Assembly: GCA_944322895.1 (NCBI GenBank)
Contig: CALUQL010000001.1
Location: forward strand, 7,195-71,194
Direction of reading: 5' to 3'
From: Candidatus Gastranaerophilales bacterium
Lineage (GTDB): Bacteria > Cyanobacteriota > Vampirovibrionia > Gastranaerophilales > Gastranaerophilaceae
Length of the DNA: 64,000 bases
Shown here: positions 10,517-20,751 of the stretch, one piece after another
Position numbering within the stretch: position 1 is the stretch's first letter
Layout: every line of letters starts with the position of its first letter
Translations under genes and position numbers: made by a program
The notes under the pieces: model-generated
The model's database searches: none
Seen by the model: only the letters and a program-made list of their open reading frames with translations
What the model was told of the DNA's origin: nothing

Positions 10517-11500
10517 TTAGCTTCTTATAATATAATTCATAACCTCATCTGGTTCATCAAAATACAATTGATTCTTTTTGCTCAAATCAAAGAATAGATT
10601 AATTAGTTTCTTGTAATTTTGAGGAAGTTCTACTTTTTTCTCAAATAATTCAATAGCATATCTATGTTCTATATGTAGAGAAACTCGTTTTATGCCAATA
10701 TTTACCATTGTTTCTATGAATTTTGTAATTTCTTCTTCTGTATCGTTCATCCCTTTTAAGATAATAAATTTGACATTGATTTCAGGATTATCCTGTTTTG
10801 ATTCTTTTACATATCTTTTTAAGTTTTTTATAACATCATTATATTTGTCAACTTTTTTGATTTTTTTATAAGTTTCACGAGATCCTGAATCTAAGGCCAT
10901 ATTTAAAGAAGCAATTCTATTCTTTAAACATTTACTTATTATTGGCTGATAAATAATATTGTTAGTTGAAAAGTCTATTTTTGATACACCTTCTTTTAAA
11001 AATAATTTTACTAATGGTTCAAACTCCTTTAGAACAGATAGATCTCCACCATGAAACACAATTCTCAAATTATTACGGTTCAAAAGGTTATTTTTATATA
11101 GTCCCTTTATTATTGGTAGAGCGTCGTAGTATTCACTACGCACTTTCCCCTTCGTGATCTTACCTTTCGAATATGTTAGCCTGTCACAATAGAAACATCC
11201 GCAATTACATTGCGTCCAGTTATTTAAATATATAAGTTCAAATTGCTCTGAAAACTTATCATTTTCTCCCTTTTCTTTTTTATATATACAGTTTATACAA
11301 GGGATATTATCATAATTGCCATTTTCTAAGTCAGAAAAGAATTTTTTCTTTTTTTTCTTCAATAACTCAAAATTAAACTCTTTTATATTTCCATTATAAT
11401 TTTCAAAATACACAGGTCCAATATTTCCTAAAACACAACACGATCTTATTGTATCAGGGAAGAAAGTTAAGACGTTATTTAGTTCTGAACAATAATTCAT
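10517..11500 (-). CDS. Radical SAM enzyme, clade A3
   Basis: Triad CNCGCFYC. N-terminus MNYCSELNNVL..SCC..GP.Y..CINC. GGDLSVLKEFE replaces GGEP. Also LDSGSRETYKKIKKV and KFIILKGMNDTEEE. Confidence 0.85.
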   Translation of the reverse strand: MNYCSELNNVLTFFPDTIRSCCVLGNIGPVYFENYNGNIKEFNFELLKKKKKKFFSDLENGNYDNIPCINCIYKKEKGENDKFSEQFELIYLNNWTQCNCGCFYCDRLTYSKGKITKGKVRSEYYDALPIIKGLYKNNLLNRNNLRIVFHGGDLSVLKEFEPLVKLFLKEGVSKIDFSTNNIIYQPIISKCLKNRIASLNMALDSGSRETYKKIKKVDKYNDVIKNLKRYVKESKQDNPEINVKFIILKGMNDTEEEITKFIETMVNIGIKRVSLHIEHRYAIELFEKKVELPQNYKKLINLFFDLSKKNQLYFDEPDEVMNYIIRS

Positions 11501-11740
11501 TTTATTTTATCTGCCTTTTAATATACTTATTAAAACACTATAAACAATTTTATATTATCATGAAAAATAATAGATATTCAGATTTAACCATTTTACAAAT
11601 TTTATAATTAATATCTAAAACTAAAAAAGAATAAAAAGGTACTATATTTTTTATAAAACAAATAATTCCTACGTCCAATTCGTTTGTTTAATAATTAACT
11701 AAAATGAAGTTTATTGAACAAATAAAGAATATAGAATAAT

Positions 11741-12184
11741 CTAAATTGGTTTTAAGATTTTTAATTTATTAATTATTAAGCCTGTGATTTCATCCCAAGC
11801 TTTTTCACTTGGATGACCATCTTTTGGTATTCGATATTCTTGTTTATAAAACATTTCTGGTAGATTTTTCTTAATAATATATCGCTCTTTTCAATATATT
11901 TGACAGTTCATAATCTGATGTTAATTCTTTTTTATCTATAACCGTATGCATATGAACATCCCAATATAATAATTACAGGAGAAGTATATTGCAATCCAAC
12001 AGGATTTCTTTTTTCATAAATTCCGCAACTTTTCTTTCAAATGTATACGGATGATTATCCGATGAAAATTGATTATTCTCTACTGAAGAGTATAAATATT
12101 TATAAACAAAATAATTAAGAGACAATAAAGTAACTATGATTAATATAATATTTATAAGAACTATTATTATATATTTTTTCTCAT
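11741..12184 (-). pseudogene. Decayed copy of the membrane-anchored SGNH-like family
   Basis: On the minus strand, ATG AGA AAA AAT ATA TAA stops after 5 codons. In shifted frames I read a TM segment (KKYIIIIVLINIILIIVTLLSL), then SPVIIILGCSYAYGY, IDKKELTSDYELSNILKRAIY and a C-terminal DGHPSEKAWDEITGLIINKL. These match the intact paralogues, e.g. ILIFGCSFAHGS and DKAHPSEKAWDLL. At least 4 frame changes are needed, 3 of them at A-runs. About half the gene (the middle) is missing. Confidence 0.7.
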
Positions 12185-12232
12185 ATTAATTACTCTTTAT
12201 GTTAAACTATATATTAAATAAGGATATTTAAA

Positions 12233-13165
12233 ATGCAAATTAAAAATATTTTGATTAAATATATAGTATTAATTTTCTTTTCTGTTCTTATACTTATTCT
12301 ATTAAATTATGCCATATATCTTTTTTTGTGTTTCAAGTATAAGTTGAATTTTCAAGAGTTTTGCCCTTTTTACAGAACTAATTTTTCAGTAAGAACGTTT
12401 GTAAAAAAAGAAAAATTTGATCATTATAATACGAAAAATAATAAAGATAAAAGCATTATAATTTTTGGCTGTTCATTCGCAAAAGGACTTGGACTCAATG
12501 AAAATGAAAATTTTGCTGCACTGTTGGCTGATTACACCAAAAGACCTGTTTATAACAGAGCTGTGAATGGTGGTGGTGTTCAATACGCTCAAATGCAGGT
12601 TGAAAGCAATTATATTGATGACATAATAAAAAATACAGATACTGTTATATATGTATTATCATCATTAAAAGATTCTGCCAGATTAAAAGTATATCCTGGA
12701 AAGGTATTCCAACCTTGTTGGATTTTAAACTCATCTATATATCCAAGATATATTTTAAAAGATGACAAGTTATACTTTTATAGATCTCCAATACCTTTCA
12801 TAGAAGGATCTATATTATATCGAATGATAGAAAAGGTCTTAAAGGATAGAGGAAATTCTCGCGAAATAAAAGAAAATGAAATAAACGATTTGTATATAGC
12901 ATTATCTTATTTGGATAAAAGTCTAAAGACTATTAATCCAAAAGTCAAACTATATGTACTACTTTATCACGGTTCTATAAATGAAATAGTTGAGGTCACT
13001 TCAGGTAAAAACCCTTTTGACAACAGTGATATAAAACTTGTACCAATTTCTTCATTTATAGATATAAATTTAAATGATACTAAATATAGAGCAGAAAATT
13101 CTCACCCTACATCAACTGCTTGGAAAGTTATAGTACCGGAATTTGCAAAGAAATTTAATCTATGA
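12233..13165 (+). CDS. Membrane-anchored SGNH/GDSL-like hydrolase or acyltransferase (paralogue)
   Basis: N-terminal TM helix, IIIFGCSFAKGLGL, YNRAVNGGGVQY and C-terminal ENSHPTSTAW. The stop overlaps the next start (ATGA). Confidence 0.55.
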   Translation: MQIKNILIKYIVLIFFSVLILILLNYAIYLFLCFKYKLNFQEFCPFYRTNFSVRTFVKKEKFDHYNTKNNKDKSIIIFGCSFAKGLGLNENENFAALLADYTKRPVYNRAVNGGGVQYAQMQVESNYIDDIIKNTDTVIYVLSSLKDSARLKVYPGKVFQPCWILNSSIYPRYILKDDKLYFYRSPIPFIEGSILYRMIEKVLKDRGNSREIKENEINDLYIALSYLDKSLKTINPKVKLYVLLYHGSINEIVEVTSGKNPFDNSDIKLVPISSFIDINLNDTKYRAENSHPTSTAWKVIVPEFAKKFNL

Positions 13166-14091
13166 AACAAAAAATAAAAGTAATTGTATATAATATAATA
13201 TTATTTTGTGTACTTGCATTTATATTAAATACTGTTTTATATGTGATTCTAGTCTCAAAAGATATATATAATTATGATATTAATTTTAAACATATATGCA
13301 ACAACTATAGAATGTTTATTACACGTGATATATCTTTGCAAGATACATATAATAGACTGATTAAATCTAATAATTATAGGGACATAGAGAATAAAAATAG
13401 CAAAAAAAGAGCAATAGTTCTATTTGGTTGTTCTTTTACATATGGTACAGGTTTGACTCCGGAACAAACTATATCTCATAAACTAGGAGTCAAGACAGGG
13501 CGACCAATATATAATAGAGCTCAAGGCGGATTTGGTATTCAACATATGTTGTATCAATTGTCAAATAAGGAGTTTTACAAAATTGTACCAAATCCAGAGT
13601 ATGTATTATATATTTTTGCTTATCCGCATTATTATAGATTATACCTACCAGAAAGCATATATTCTCCAATCTGCTATACTGTTTTTTACAAAAGTGATAA
13701 GAAGGAAATACTAAAATTAAAAAATAGAAACCATATTTTTGACAAAGTAATTTTTCTTTATCCTATTATTGACAGATTTATCTTTAACAACATTATAAAA
13801 TATGATTTTGTCAAAAAAGAAGCTAACAATTTTTTATTAAAACATTTACTTAAATCTAAACAAGAGTTACAAAAACATTGGGAAAATACAAAATTTATTA
13901 TTTTCTTTTACGATCAACCGTTTTTTTCTGATCAATTATATGAAAAGTTAAGAGAAGAAAATTTTATATTAATTACACCTGAAGATTACAAAATTAATTC
14001 TAGTTTAAAACAATATCAATTAAGTGACAGACATCCAAATGAATTATTTTGGGATTTAGTATTGACAGATATTCTTTCATATATAGAATGA
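13162..14091 (+). CDS. Membrane-anchored SGNH/GDSL-like hydrolase or acyltransferase (paralogue)
   Basis: N-terminal TM helix, IVLFGCSFTYGTGL, YNRAQGGFGIQH and C-terminal SDRHPNELFW. Confidence 0.55.
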   Translation: MKQKIKVIVYNIILFCVLAFILNTVLYVILVSKDIYNYDINFKHICNNYRMFITRDISLQDTYNRLIKSNNYRDIENKNSKKRAIVLFGCSFTYGTGLTPEQTISHKLGVKTGRPIYNRAQGGFGIQHMLYQLSNKEFYKIVPNPEYVLYIFAYPHYYRLYLPESIYSPICYTVFYKSDKKEILKLKNRNHIFDKVIFLYPIIDRFIFNNIIKYDFVKKEANNFLLKHLLKSKQELQKHWENTKFIIFFYDQPFFSDQLYEKLREENFILITPEDYKINSSLKQYQLSDRHPNELFWDLVLTDILSYIE

Positions 14092-14097
14092 AAATAG

Positions 14098-16065
14098 TTG
14101 GGAAATATGAATCTTAAAGAGAAATTATTATCAAACAAAATTCTTTTTGCAAATTTATTTGTATTCTTTATTATATTTGTAATAATAACAGTATTACAAA
14201 TGAATAATTGTAATATACGACATGATTTTTCTATATTTGAATATCATCATGATTTTAAAAAAACTATTTTAGACGGAAGAATACCAGCCAGATATTTAAG
14301 CCTTCTTTTTATTGATTTTATTCCTTCTCTTTTCCACTTAAATCCTAATGATGTTAGATCTACCCTATGTGCTGTTTTTATTGCATTTTCTATACTATTT
14401 TTATGTATTATTTGGGTTAAGAGTTTTTTCATAACAGAAGAGAATAAATCAAGTATTTTATTTAAGATAGAATCTTCATTTCTAGCCATTCTTTCATTTT
14501 TATGTATTTTATTACCAACTGGAATTTTGTATGACATTTCAAAAAATTATTTATTAAATATGAAAGAATTGGTTGTCTTTTTTGAATATAATTTTATAAT
14601 TATATTTTATTTTTTATTTTTCATTTTTCTATTCAATATATTATTCAAAAGAATAACATACAAACAATATTTATACATTCTTATATCTATTAACAGTTTT
14701 TTTTGTGGTATTTGGAGTGAACATATTAATGTTCGGATATTACTATGTCTATTAATTTTAATTTTTATTCTTTATTTTTCTAATAAGAAATTATTAATAA
14801 ACAGACAATTTTATTTGTACTGTTTAATTCCTTTTTTAATAGGAACAACATTCTTTTTTATTTTTTCTGATTATATTCTTACTAATAATATGGTCGCTGG
14901 ACATGAATATAGTTACGCAGATTTTGCGAATTCAATTAAAATAAATTTCAATTCATTTTTTGAAGGCTATGTTAAACATTTATTTATAAATGATATATTT
15001 TTATATATTATATTAATAATTCTTTCAATTTCGCTATACATAATTAAACCTAATTATTATAAAGAAATTATGATTCTTTGTTATATATTATTAATTTCTC
15101 AATTATTAACAAGTTTTATTTATATTCTTTTTGTTAACATTCCAGGTGGATTTATATATTCTAGAGAATCAATGATTATATTCCAAACAATTCAATTAGA
15201 TTTTATTATTTTACTAATGTTAGGTTGTATGTATTGTGGTTCAAAGAATATTATTATAAAATATACAGTTAACTTTTTTATTATAATTTCAATTATTTTT
15301 TATTTTTTCATTTTATTCTCATCTATTAGAAACATAGTTAATTCGTCATATGAAATAAAACATTCCTTATTAAAATTGGATAAAATAACTTTGGTATACA
15401 ATATATTAGGCGATAATGCGATTCTACCATTCTCAATCTTTTTTAATTCAAACACAGGTTGTTCTAGGATATTTATCTTTCAAGATGAATATATAGGTAT
15501 GAACAAAACCGACTTTTATAATGCTGTTAAAAAACAATATTTTGACGCTAATGTAACTGGATATAGTATTTATTTCCGTAATCAATATAATAGAGAAATG
15601 CTAGGTTTTACAATTGTTGATAGTGAAACTGCAGAAAAAGAATATTCAAAACGCTTGTTAATATTGTCTAAATTCTTAGGGGATGTGTCTTATTTAAAAC
15701 TTGAAGATAAGAGCTTACTTTTTACTCCATTATATAAATTCTCTAATATACATTTATCGATTAATGATTTAGATTATATTGAAAAAAATTATGATGATGT
15801 TGATAAATATATTATACTAAAAGCAAAAGCAAATATATTTTTCAAACAAGGAAACTGGGATAAAGCAATTGATTTATATAATAGATATGTCGAAAAATAT
15901 CCTAACGATTATAATTCTTTGCTGAATATAGCTGAAATACAATCATATAATAAGAATTATAATGAAGCTGAAAAAATATATAAATCGCTGATTATGCGCA
16001 ATAAAGATAATATATATTTATCAAATAAACTATCAATATTGACAAACATAAAAGAAAAAAAATAA
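14098..16065 (+). CDS. Large polytopic membrane protein with C-terminal TPR repeats (possible GT-C-type glycosyltransferase or polymerase)
   Basis: 655 aa. It has many hydrophobic segments over roughly the first 420 aa and an acid/His-rich loop after TM1 (HDFSIFEYHHDF). C-terminal TPR-like repeats include KAKANIFFKQGNWDKAIDLYNRYVEKYPNDYNS. The ORF opens with TTG; the ATG at 14107 is an alternative start. The function is not established. Confidence 0.5.
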   Translation: MGNMNLKEKLLSNKILFANLFVFFIIFVIITVLQMNNCNIRHDFSIFEYHHDFKKTILDGRIPARYLSLLFIDFIPSLFHLNPNDVRSTLCAVFIAFSILFLCIIWVKSFFITEENKSSILFKIESSFLAILSFLCILLPTGILYDISKNYLLNMKELVVFFEYNFIIIFYFLFFIFLFNILFKRITYKQYLYILISINSFFCGIWSEHINVRILLCLLILIFILYFSNKKLLINRQFYLYCLIPFLIGTTFFFIFSDYILTNNMVAGHEYSYADFANSIKINFNSFFEGYVKHLFINDIFLYIILIILSISLYIIKPNYYKEIMILCYILLISQLLTSFIYILFVNIPGGFIYSRESMIIFQTIQLDFIILLMLGCMYCGSKNIIIKYTVNFFIIISIIFYFFILFSSIRNIVNSSYEIKHSLLKLDKITLVYNILGDNAILPFSIFFNSNTGCSRIFIFQDEYIGMNKTDFYNAVKKQYFDANVTGYSIYFRNQYNREMLGFTIVDSETAEKEYSKRLLILSKFLGDVSYLKLEDKSLLFTPLYKFSNIHLSINDLDYIEKNYDDVDKYIILKAKANIFFKQGNWDKAIDLYNRYVEKYPNDYNSLLNIAEIQSYNKNYNEAEKIYKSLIMRNKDNIYLSNKLSILTNIKEKK

Positions 16066-16085
16066 AAATTTAAGGAGAATAATAT

Positions 16086-17120
16086 ATGCATAAAACAGTC
16101 TGTCTTCGTCCTTTTTCTGAAATTGAAATTACTGAGAATGGTGATATATACACTTGTTGTCCCAGTTATTTAAAAAATTATACAATTGGGAATTTATTTG
16201 AAGTTTCTTCTTTTGATGAAATATGGTATTCCCAAAAAGCTGAAGATTTACGAAAGAATATAATTGAAGGAAAATATGATTTTTGTAATAAAGAAATTTG
16301 CAATATTAAATCTGAAGCAGAAAATACAACAGTATCAGCCACCCCGGACTATCCTACATTGGTACGTTTTGCGTATGATAAACAATGTAATCTCAAATGT
16401 TGTATTTGTAGAGATAAACTAATAAATTCAGATAATAATGTCATTTCTAAATTTGATTCAATTATTGATTCAATGCTTTTACCTTTATTAAAAAATGCCC
16501 AAATAATGTCAATAACTTCAGCAGGAGAAATTACAGCGAGCCAACATTCACAAAATCTACTTAAAAAGGCAGCAGAATTATATCCAAATTTAAAATTTGA
16601 AATATTAACTAATGCTTTCCTATTTAATGAGGAATTTTGTACACGCCTTGGAATAATTAATAAAATCGATAGGGTAATTGTATCCATGCACGGTATAAAT
16701 AAGTCCACATATGAGAGAATTATGCGTGGTGCAAAATTTGAAATAGTAAAAAAGAATTTGGATTGGTTATTCTCACTAAGAAAACAACATAAAATAAATG
16801 AAGTAAGTATTGTCTTTGTTGTATCATCAATGAATTACAAAGAAATTCCTAATTTTGTTTCCTATTGTTTAGAAAACCAAGCAGTTCCTATTATATGGGA
16901 ATATAGACCTTTTAACAATGTAGAGATGGCAAAAAAATATTCTGAACATGCTGTTTGGGAAAAACAGAATCCGAATTATAATGATTTTATCAAAGTTATT
17001 TCTTATGTTGAAGAAAATTATAAAAATAGTTGCAGAATGCCTGAATTATTTAAAAATTTAGAGCCCATAAGTAAATTTCAAGAGTATATGAATAAAATTA
17101 AATTTTTATTAAAGTTGTAA
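16086..17120 (+). CDS. Radical SAM enzyme, clade B (N-terminal SPASM-like module)
   Basis: N-terminus VCLRPFSEIEITENGDIYTCCP..GNLFEVSSFDEIW..FCNKEIC, then triad CNLKCCIC. Also VSMHGINKSTYERI and a C-terminal CRMPELFKNLEP. GGAG lies upstream. Confidence 0.85.
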   Translation: MHKTVCLRPFSEIEITENGDIYTCCPSYLKNYTIGNLFEVSSFDEIWYSQKAEDLRKNIIEGKYDFCNKEICNIKSEAENTTVSATPDYPTLVRFAYDKQCNLKCCICRDKLINSDNNVISKFDSIIDSMLLPLLKNAQIMSITSAGEITASQHSQNLLKKAAELYPNLKFEILTNAFLFNEEFCTRLGIINKIDRVIVSMHGINKSTYERIMRGAKFEIVKKNLDWLFSLRKQHKINEVSIVFVVSSMNYKEIPNFVSYCLENQAVPIIWEYRPFNNVEMAKKYSEHAVWEKQNPNYNDFIKVISYVEENYKNSCRMPELFKNLEPISKFQEYMNKIKFLLKL

Positions 17121-17121
17121 T

Positions 17122-18153
17122 ATGAAAAAATTAAAAGTTATATTTATAAATATTTTATTCATTTTATTGGCATTTTTTATTCTTGATGTCATTGCATATT
17201 TTATGTTAATGACTGAAAACAAAGATATTTATACCAATATATATAAAAATGCAAATTATTTTAAGTTTTACCTTTCGGCTTTTAACATCATTAAAGCAGA
17301 CTTTGATAATCCAATAAATACAATCAGTAGAATTAGAGTTGCTGTTCAAAAGGACGAAGATTTTGTATATATACGAAAACAAGACAAACATAAAGATTTC
17401 TTTTCTAAAAATTCAATAGCAAATTCTCCAATATTAATTTTTGGATGTTCTTTTGCACATGGTTCTTTATTAAAGCCAGAGCAAACACTTTCATATAAAC
17501 TAGCAAAAGAAACTCATCGCAATATATACAATTTTGCATTACCCGGCGGTGGTTTACAACACATGTTATATATTTTGGATTCAGAACTTGTATTTCACAC
17601 CTTAGAATCTGATAATGCTCCTGAATATGCTTTCTTTATATATATACCGAACCACCTTTTGAGATTAGATAAACTTGTTTTTGATATTATGCAAATGGAT
17701 TTAAATTATACACTTGAATTAAGAGAATCAAACCTTGTTGAAAATCCCTTATATCAGAATATTTTTATAAGAAAAATTTTGTCAACATTTATAGCAAAAA
17801 AATTACTTATAAAAGAACAACCTTCAACAGTTGAGCTAAAATATAAAAGATTTGCTTTGCTTAATGAAATCTTACTTCAGAGTCGAGAAAGATTAAAAAA
17901 ACAATATAAGAACATTAAATTTTGTATAATAAGATACAGAATTGAAGATGATAAAGATGGCGACGAAGCCCTTGAATTTCCTTATATGTGGGAAATATTA
18001 GAAAAAGAAGGTTTTACTATAGTCGATACATCAAAACTTATAGGTCGAAAGTATAAAAATAACTCAGAAGACACAACAATGGACAAAGCACATCCATCAG
18101 AAAAAGCTTGGGATTTACTCTTGCAGCCATTAATAGATTATTTACATTTATAA
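17122..18153 (+). CDS. Membrane-anchored SGNH/GDSL-like hydrolase or acyltransferase (paralogue)
   Basis: N-terminal TM helix, ILIFGCSFAHGSLL, YNFALPGGGLQH and C-terminal DKAHPSEKAW. It starts 1 nt after the clade-B rSAM stop. Confidence 0.55.
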   Translation: MKKLKVIFINILFILLAFFILDVIAYFMLMTENKDIYTNIYKNANYFKFYLSAFNIIKADFDNPINTISRIRVAVQKDEDFVYIRKQDKHKDFFSKNSIANSPILIFGCSFAHGSLLKPEQTLSYKLAKETHRNIYNFALPGGGLQHMLYILDSELVFHTLESDNAPEYAFFIYIPNHLLRLDKLVFDIMQMDLNYTLELRESNLVENPLYQNIFIRKILSTFIAKKLLIKEQPSTVELKYKRFALLNEILLQSRERLKKQYKNIKFCIIRYRIEDDKDGDEALEFPYMWEILEKEGFTIVDTSKLIGRKYKNNSEDTTMDKAHPSEKAWDLLLQPLIDYLHL

Positions 18154-18168
18154 AAGATACGATAGACA

Positions 18169-18471
18169 TTATATATTCTTTTGTAATTCCTGTTGTATTC
18201 TCTTGTATCTATTTACAGTTGGATTAATATGAATTGCTTTTTCTATATCAGATAGAGCCCCATTATAATCATTCAAACTTCTTTTAACTTCACTTCGTGA
18301 CGCATAAAACATGTCATTTGTTGATTCCAGTTCAATTGCATTATTAAATTTAGTTAACGCTTTTTTGAATTGCCCTTTTAACCTTAGTACTTCACCTTCA
18401 ATCGCATATGAAGCTGAATTATTATTTTGATTTTTTTTAAAGTATTTTTCTATAAAATTCATAGAACTCAA
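18169..18471 (-). CDS. Small TPR-repeat protein (paralogue of 22750-23046)
   Basis: 100 aa with two TPR-like units (EGEVLRLKGQFKKALTKFNNAIELESTND and MFYASRSEVKRSLNDYNGALSDIEKAIHINPT). It is a single-gene minus-strand unit between plus-strand operons. Confidence 0.55.
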   Translation of the reverse strand: MSSMNFIEKYFKKNQNNNSASYAIEGEVLRLKGQFKKALTKFNNAIELESTNDMFYASRSEVKRSLNDYNGALSDIEKAIHINPTVNRYKRIQQELQKNI

Positions 18472-18555
18472 ATTCCTTTATACTGATAAGAATATATTAT
18501 AAAAATTAAAGTATAAAATCAAGGCAAATAAAGATTTTACAATTGTAAGGTTTTA

Positions 18556-18564
18556 TGTTAAATT
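18556..18564 (+). promoter_or_regulatory. Candidate extended -10 element (TGtTAAATT) upstream of the 18596 operon
   Basis: TGnTAAATT-type motif about 32 nt upstream of the ATG. A second TATAAT at about 18570-18575 is an alternative. Confidence 0.3.
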
Positions 18565-18595
18565 TTACATATAATTAAGGCAAGGTAGGTTTTAG

Positions 18596-19561
18596 ATGAT
18601 TTATAAATGTTGTGATGCACTTCTTCATAAATTGGCAATTAATCCTGATAACATAAATTTTTGTTGTTCTCCATATGATAATAAATTACAATACTTGAAT
18701 GATTATAAAGGACAACTCATAGATATTGAAGATTATAAGAAAAGACGTTCTTATTACTTAGAAATGTTTAAGAGTGGTAATATTCCTACTCCTTGCCAAA
18801 ATTGTTCTTATGTAGAAGAAAAAGATTGGGATGAACAAATTGGTTTCAAATTTATATCTATTTCATCCAGAACAAAATGTAGCTGTGATTGTTTTTATTG
18901 TGTTCAATCAAAAGGAAATCCTGATGTTAAAAAGATGCTAAATACGCAAGAATGCTATGATGTAAGACCAGTAATAAAAGCATTATATGATGAAAATTTA
19001 ATTTTAAAGGATTGTATATACATTATAGGTGGTGGAGAGCCAACTGAAATAGAAAATGGAGAACTAGAATATTTGGCATATGTTGGACTCATTACAGAGG
19101 CTCATATTGTAATTCTCACAAATGCGATTATTTACAATGAACACGTTGCACAGACTATATCTGTGGCAAGTTCTGAGTTAAAAGTTTCTGTTGATGCAGG
19201 AACAAAAGAAACATTTGAAAAAATCAAAAGAGTTAAAGCTTTTGACACAGTTTGGAAAAATTTGAAAAAATATGTTGATGCAACTAAAAATAATCCTAAA
19301 GGACGTGTACAAATTAAATATATCATCATTCCTGGAATAAATGACAATATAAAAGAAGCTAAAGCCTTTATTGAAAAATGTTTTAAAATTGGTTGTAAAC
19401 ATATTGAAATTGCAATTGAATATGATTGGTATGGGGAAAATAAAGACAAGCCAATATCAGATAATTTAAAAGCAACAATAAAGTATTTTGCATCTTTAAA
19501 ACAAAAAGGGGTATTTTTTGGAGATGCACACGATTGGTTTGAAGAGCAATTATCAAAATAA
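18596..19561 (+). CDS. Radical SAM enzyme, clade A1
   Basis: Triad CSCDCFYC. N-terminus MIYKCC..FCC..CQNC. Also GGGEPTEIENGEL, VSVDAGTKETFEKIKRV and KYIIIPGINDNIKEAK. Confidence 0.85.
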   Translation: MIYKCCDALLHKLAINPDNINFCCSPYDNKLQYLNDYKGQLIDIEDYKKRRSYYLEMFKSGNIPTPCQNCSYVEEKDWDEQIGFKFISISSRTKCSCDCFYCVQSKGNPDVKKMLNTQECYDVRPVIKALYDENLILKDCIYIIGGGEPTEIENGELEYLAYVGLITEAHIVILTNAIIYNEHVAQTISVASSELKVSVDAGTKETFEKIKRVKAFDTVWKNLKKYVDATKNNPKGRVQIKYIIIPGINDNIKEAKAFIEKCFKIGCKHIEIAIEYDWYGENKDKPISDNLKATIKYFASLKQKGVFFGDAHDWFEEQLSK

Positions 19562-19712
19562 TTTTAATAAGTTTTGACTATAGTATAAAGATTATTCTTA
19601 TACATAAAATATTCTTAAAAATTTAATAGTTGTAATCTTATTTGTATTTATAATGTGTGAAATGTATAATCTTTTTATAAATAAAATTACAAATAAAAAT
19701 AGAAAGAATATA

Positions 19713-20741
19713 ATGGTTTACTGTTCAAAGCCGTTTGAAGAATTTGAAATAGATGTTGATGGTAATTGTTACTGTTGCTGTCGTTGGTGGAATAATGCAT
19801 ATTGCTTGGGTAATATTTTTGAACAATCAATTGATGAAATTTGGAATGGTAATGCAGCTCAAGAATTAAGAAATAGCATCTTGGATGGTAGTTATAAATA
19901 CTGCAATACAAAAATTTGTTTAAAAAGTTATAATGAGAATATAAATCACACCCCTATTTTAGATTTTCCTACAGAAATAAGCCTTTGTTATGACTATACT
20001 TGCACTGCACGTTGTGTCTTCTGCAACGATGAAATAAAAAAAATGTCAAAAGATGAGTGTGAAAAATGGAAATATATTGAAGAAACAAAACTTATTCCCT
20101 TATTTCAAAATGCTAAGTTTATTAGATTAAACATGACTGGTGAACTTTTTGTAAGTGAACATTCAAAGAATTTTGTAAAAAACATAGTTAAAAGATATCC
20201 TGATATAAAATTCGAAATTGTCTCTAATGGAATTTATGCTACAAAAGAAAATATTCAGGATCTAGGGATTGAAGATAAAATTGAGTCTATAAAGTTTTCT
20301 TTACCGTCTATGAATAAAAGAACATACAACAAACTTGTAAGAAATGGCAATTTAAACAGTGTATTAGCAAACTTAGATTATATATCAGATCTAAAAAGAA
20401 GTAAAAGAATTCACGATTTTAGACTTAACTTCGTAATTTGTTCTACAAATTATAAAGAAATACCTAGTTATATATACAGAGCCGAATCTTTGGGGGCAAT
20501 TGTTGATTTTATTATGTTAAGTAAAAATGATTCTTCTACTGCTTTTCTAAAAAATTACGAAAAATATAATGTTTTATCTTCAAATCACCCAGATTACAAT
20601 TCTTTTATTAGCATTATTAATTCAAATAAAATAAAAAACTCAAATAATGCTAATATTAATAAGGAACTTTACAAATTAAAAAAAGTTAGCTTAAAAAAGA
20701 GATTATTAAATACAATAAAATTTTATATTTTAAATATATAA
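19713..20741 (+). CDS. Radical SAM enzyme, clade B (N-terminal SPASM-like module)
   Basis: The ORF opens at 19653, but paralogue alignment favours the internal Met: MVYCSKPFEEFEIDVDGNCYCCC..GNIFEQSIDEIWNG..YCNTKIC. Triad CTARCVFC. Also FSLPSMNKRTYNKL. Confidence 0.8.
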   Translation: MVYCSKPFEEFEIDVDGNCYCCCRWWNNAYCLGNIFEQSIDEIWNGNAAQELRNSILDGSYKYCNTKICLKSYNENINHTPILDFPTEISLCYDYTCTARCVFCNDEIKKMSKDECEKWKYIEETKLIPLFQNAKFIRLNMTGELFVSEHSKNFVKNIVKRYPDIKFEIVSNGIYATKENIQDLGIEDKIESIKFSLPSMNKRTYNKLVRNGNLNSVLANLDYISDLKRSKRIHDFRLNFVICSTNYKEIPSYIYRAESLGAIVDFIMLSKNDSSTAFLKNYEKYNVLSSNHPDYNSFISIINSNKIKNSNNANINKELYKLKKVSLKKRLLNTIKFYILNI

Positions 20742-20751
20742 TTGAGGAAAA

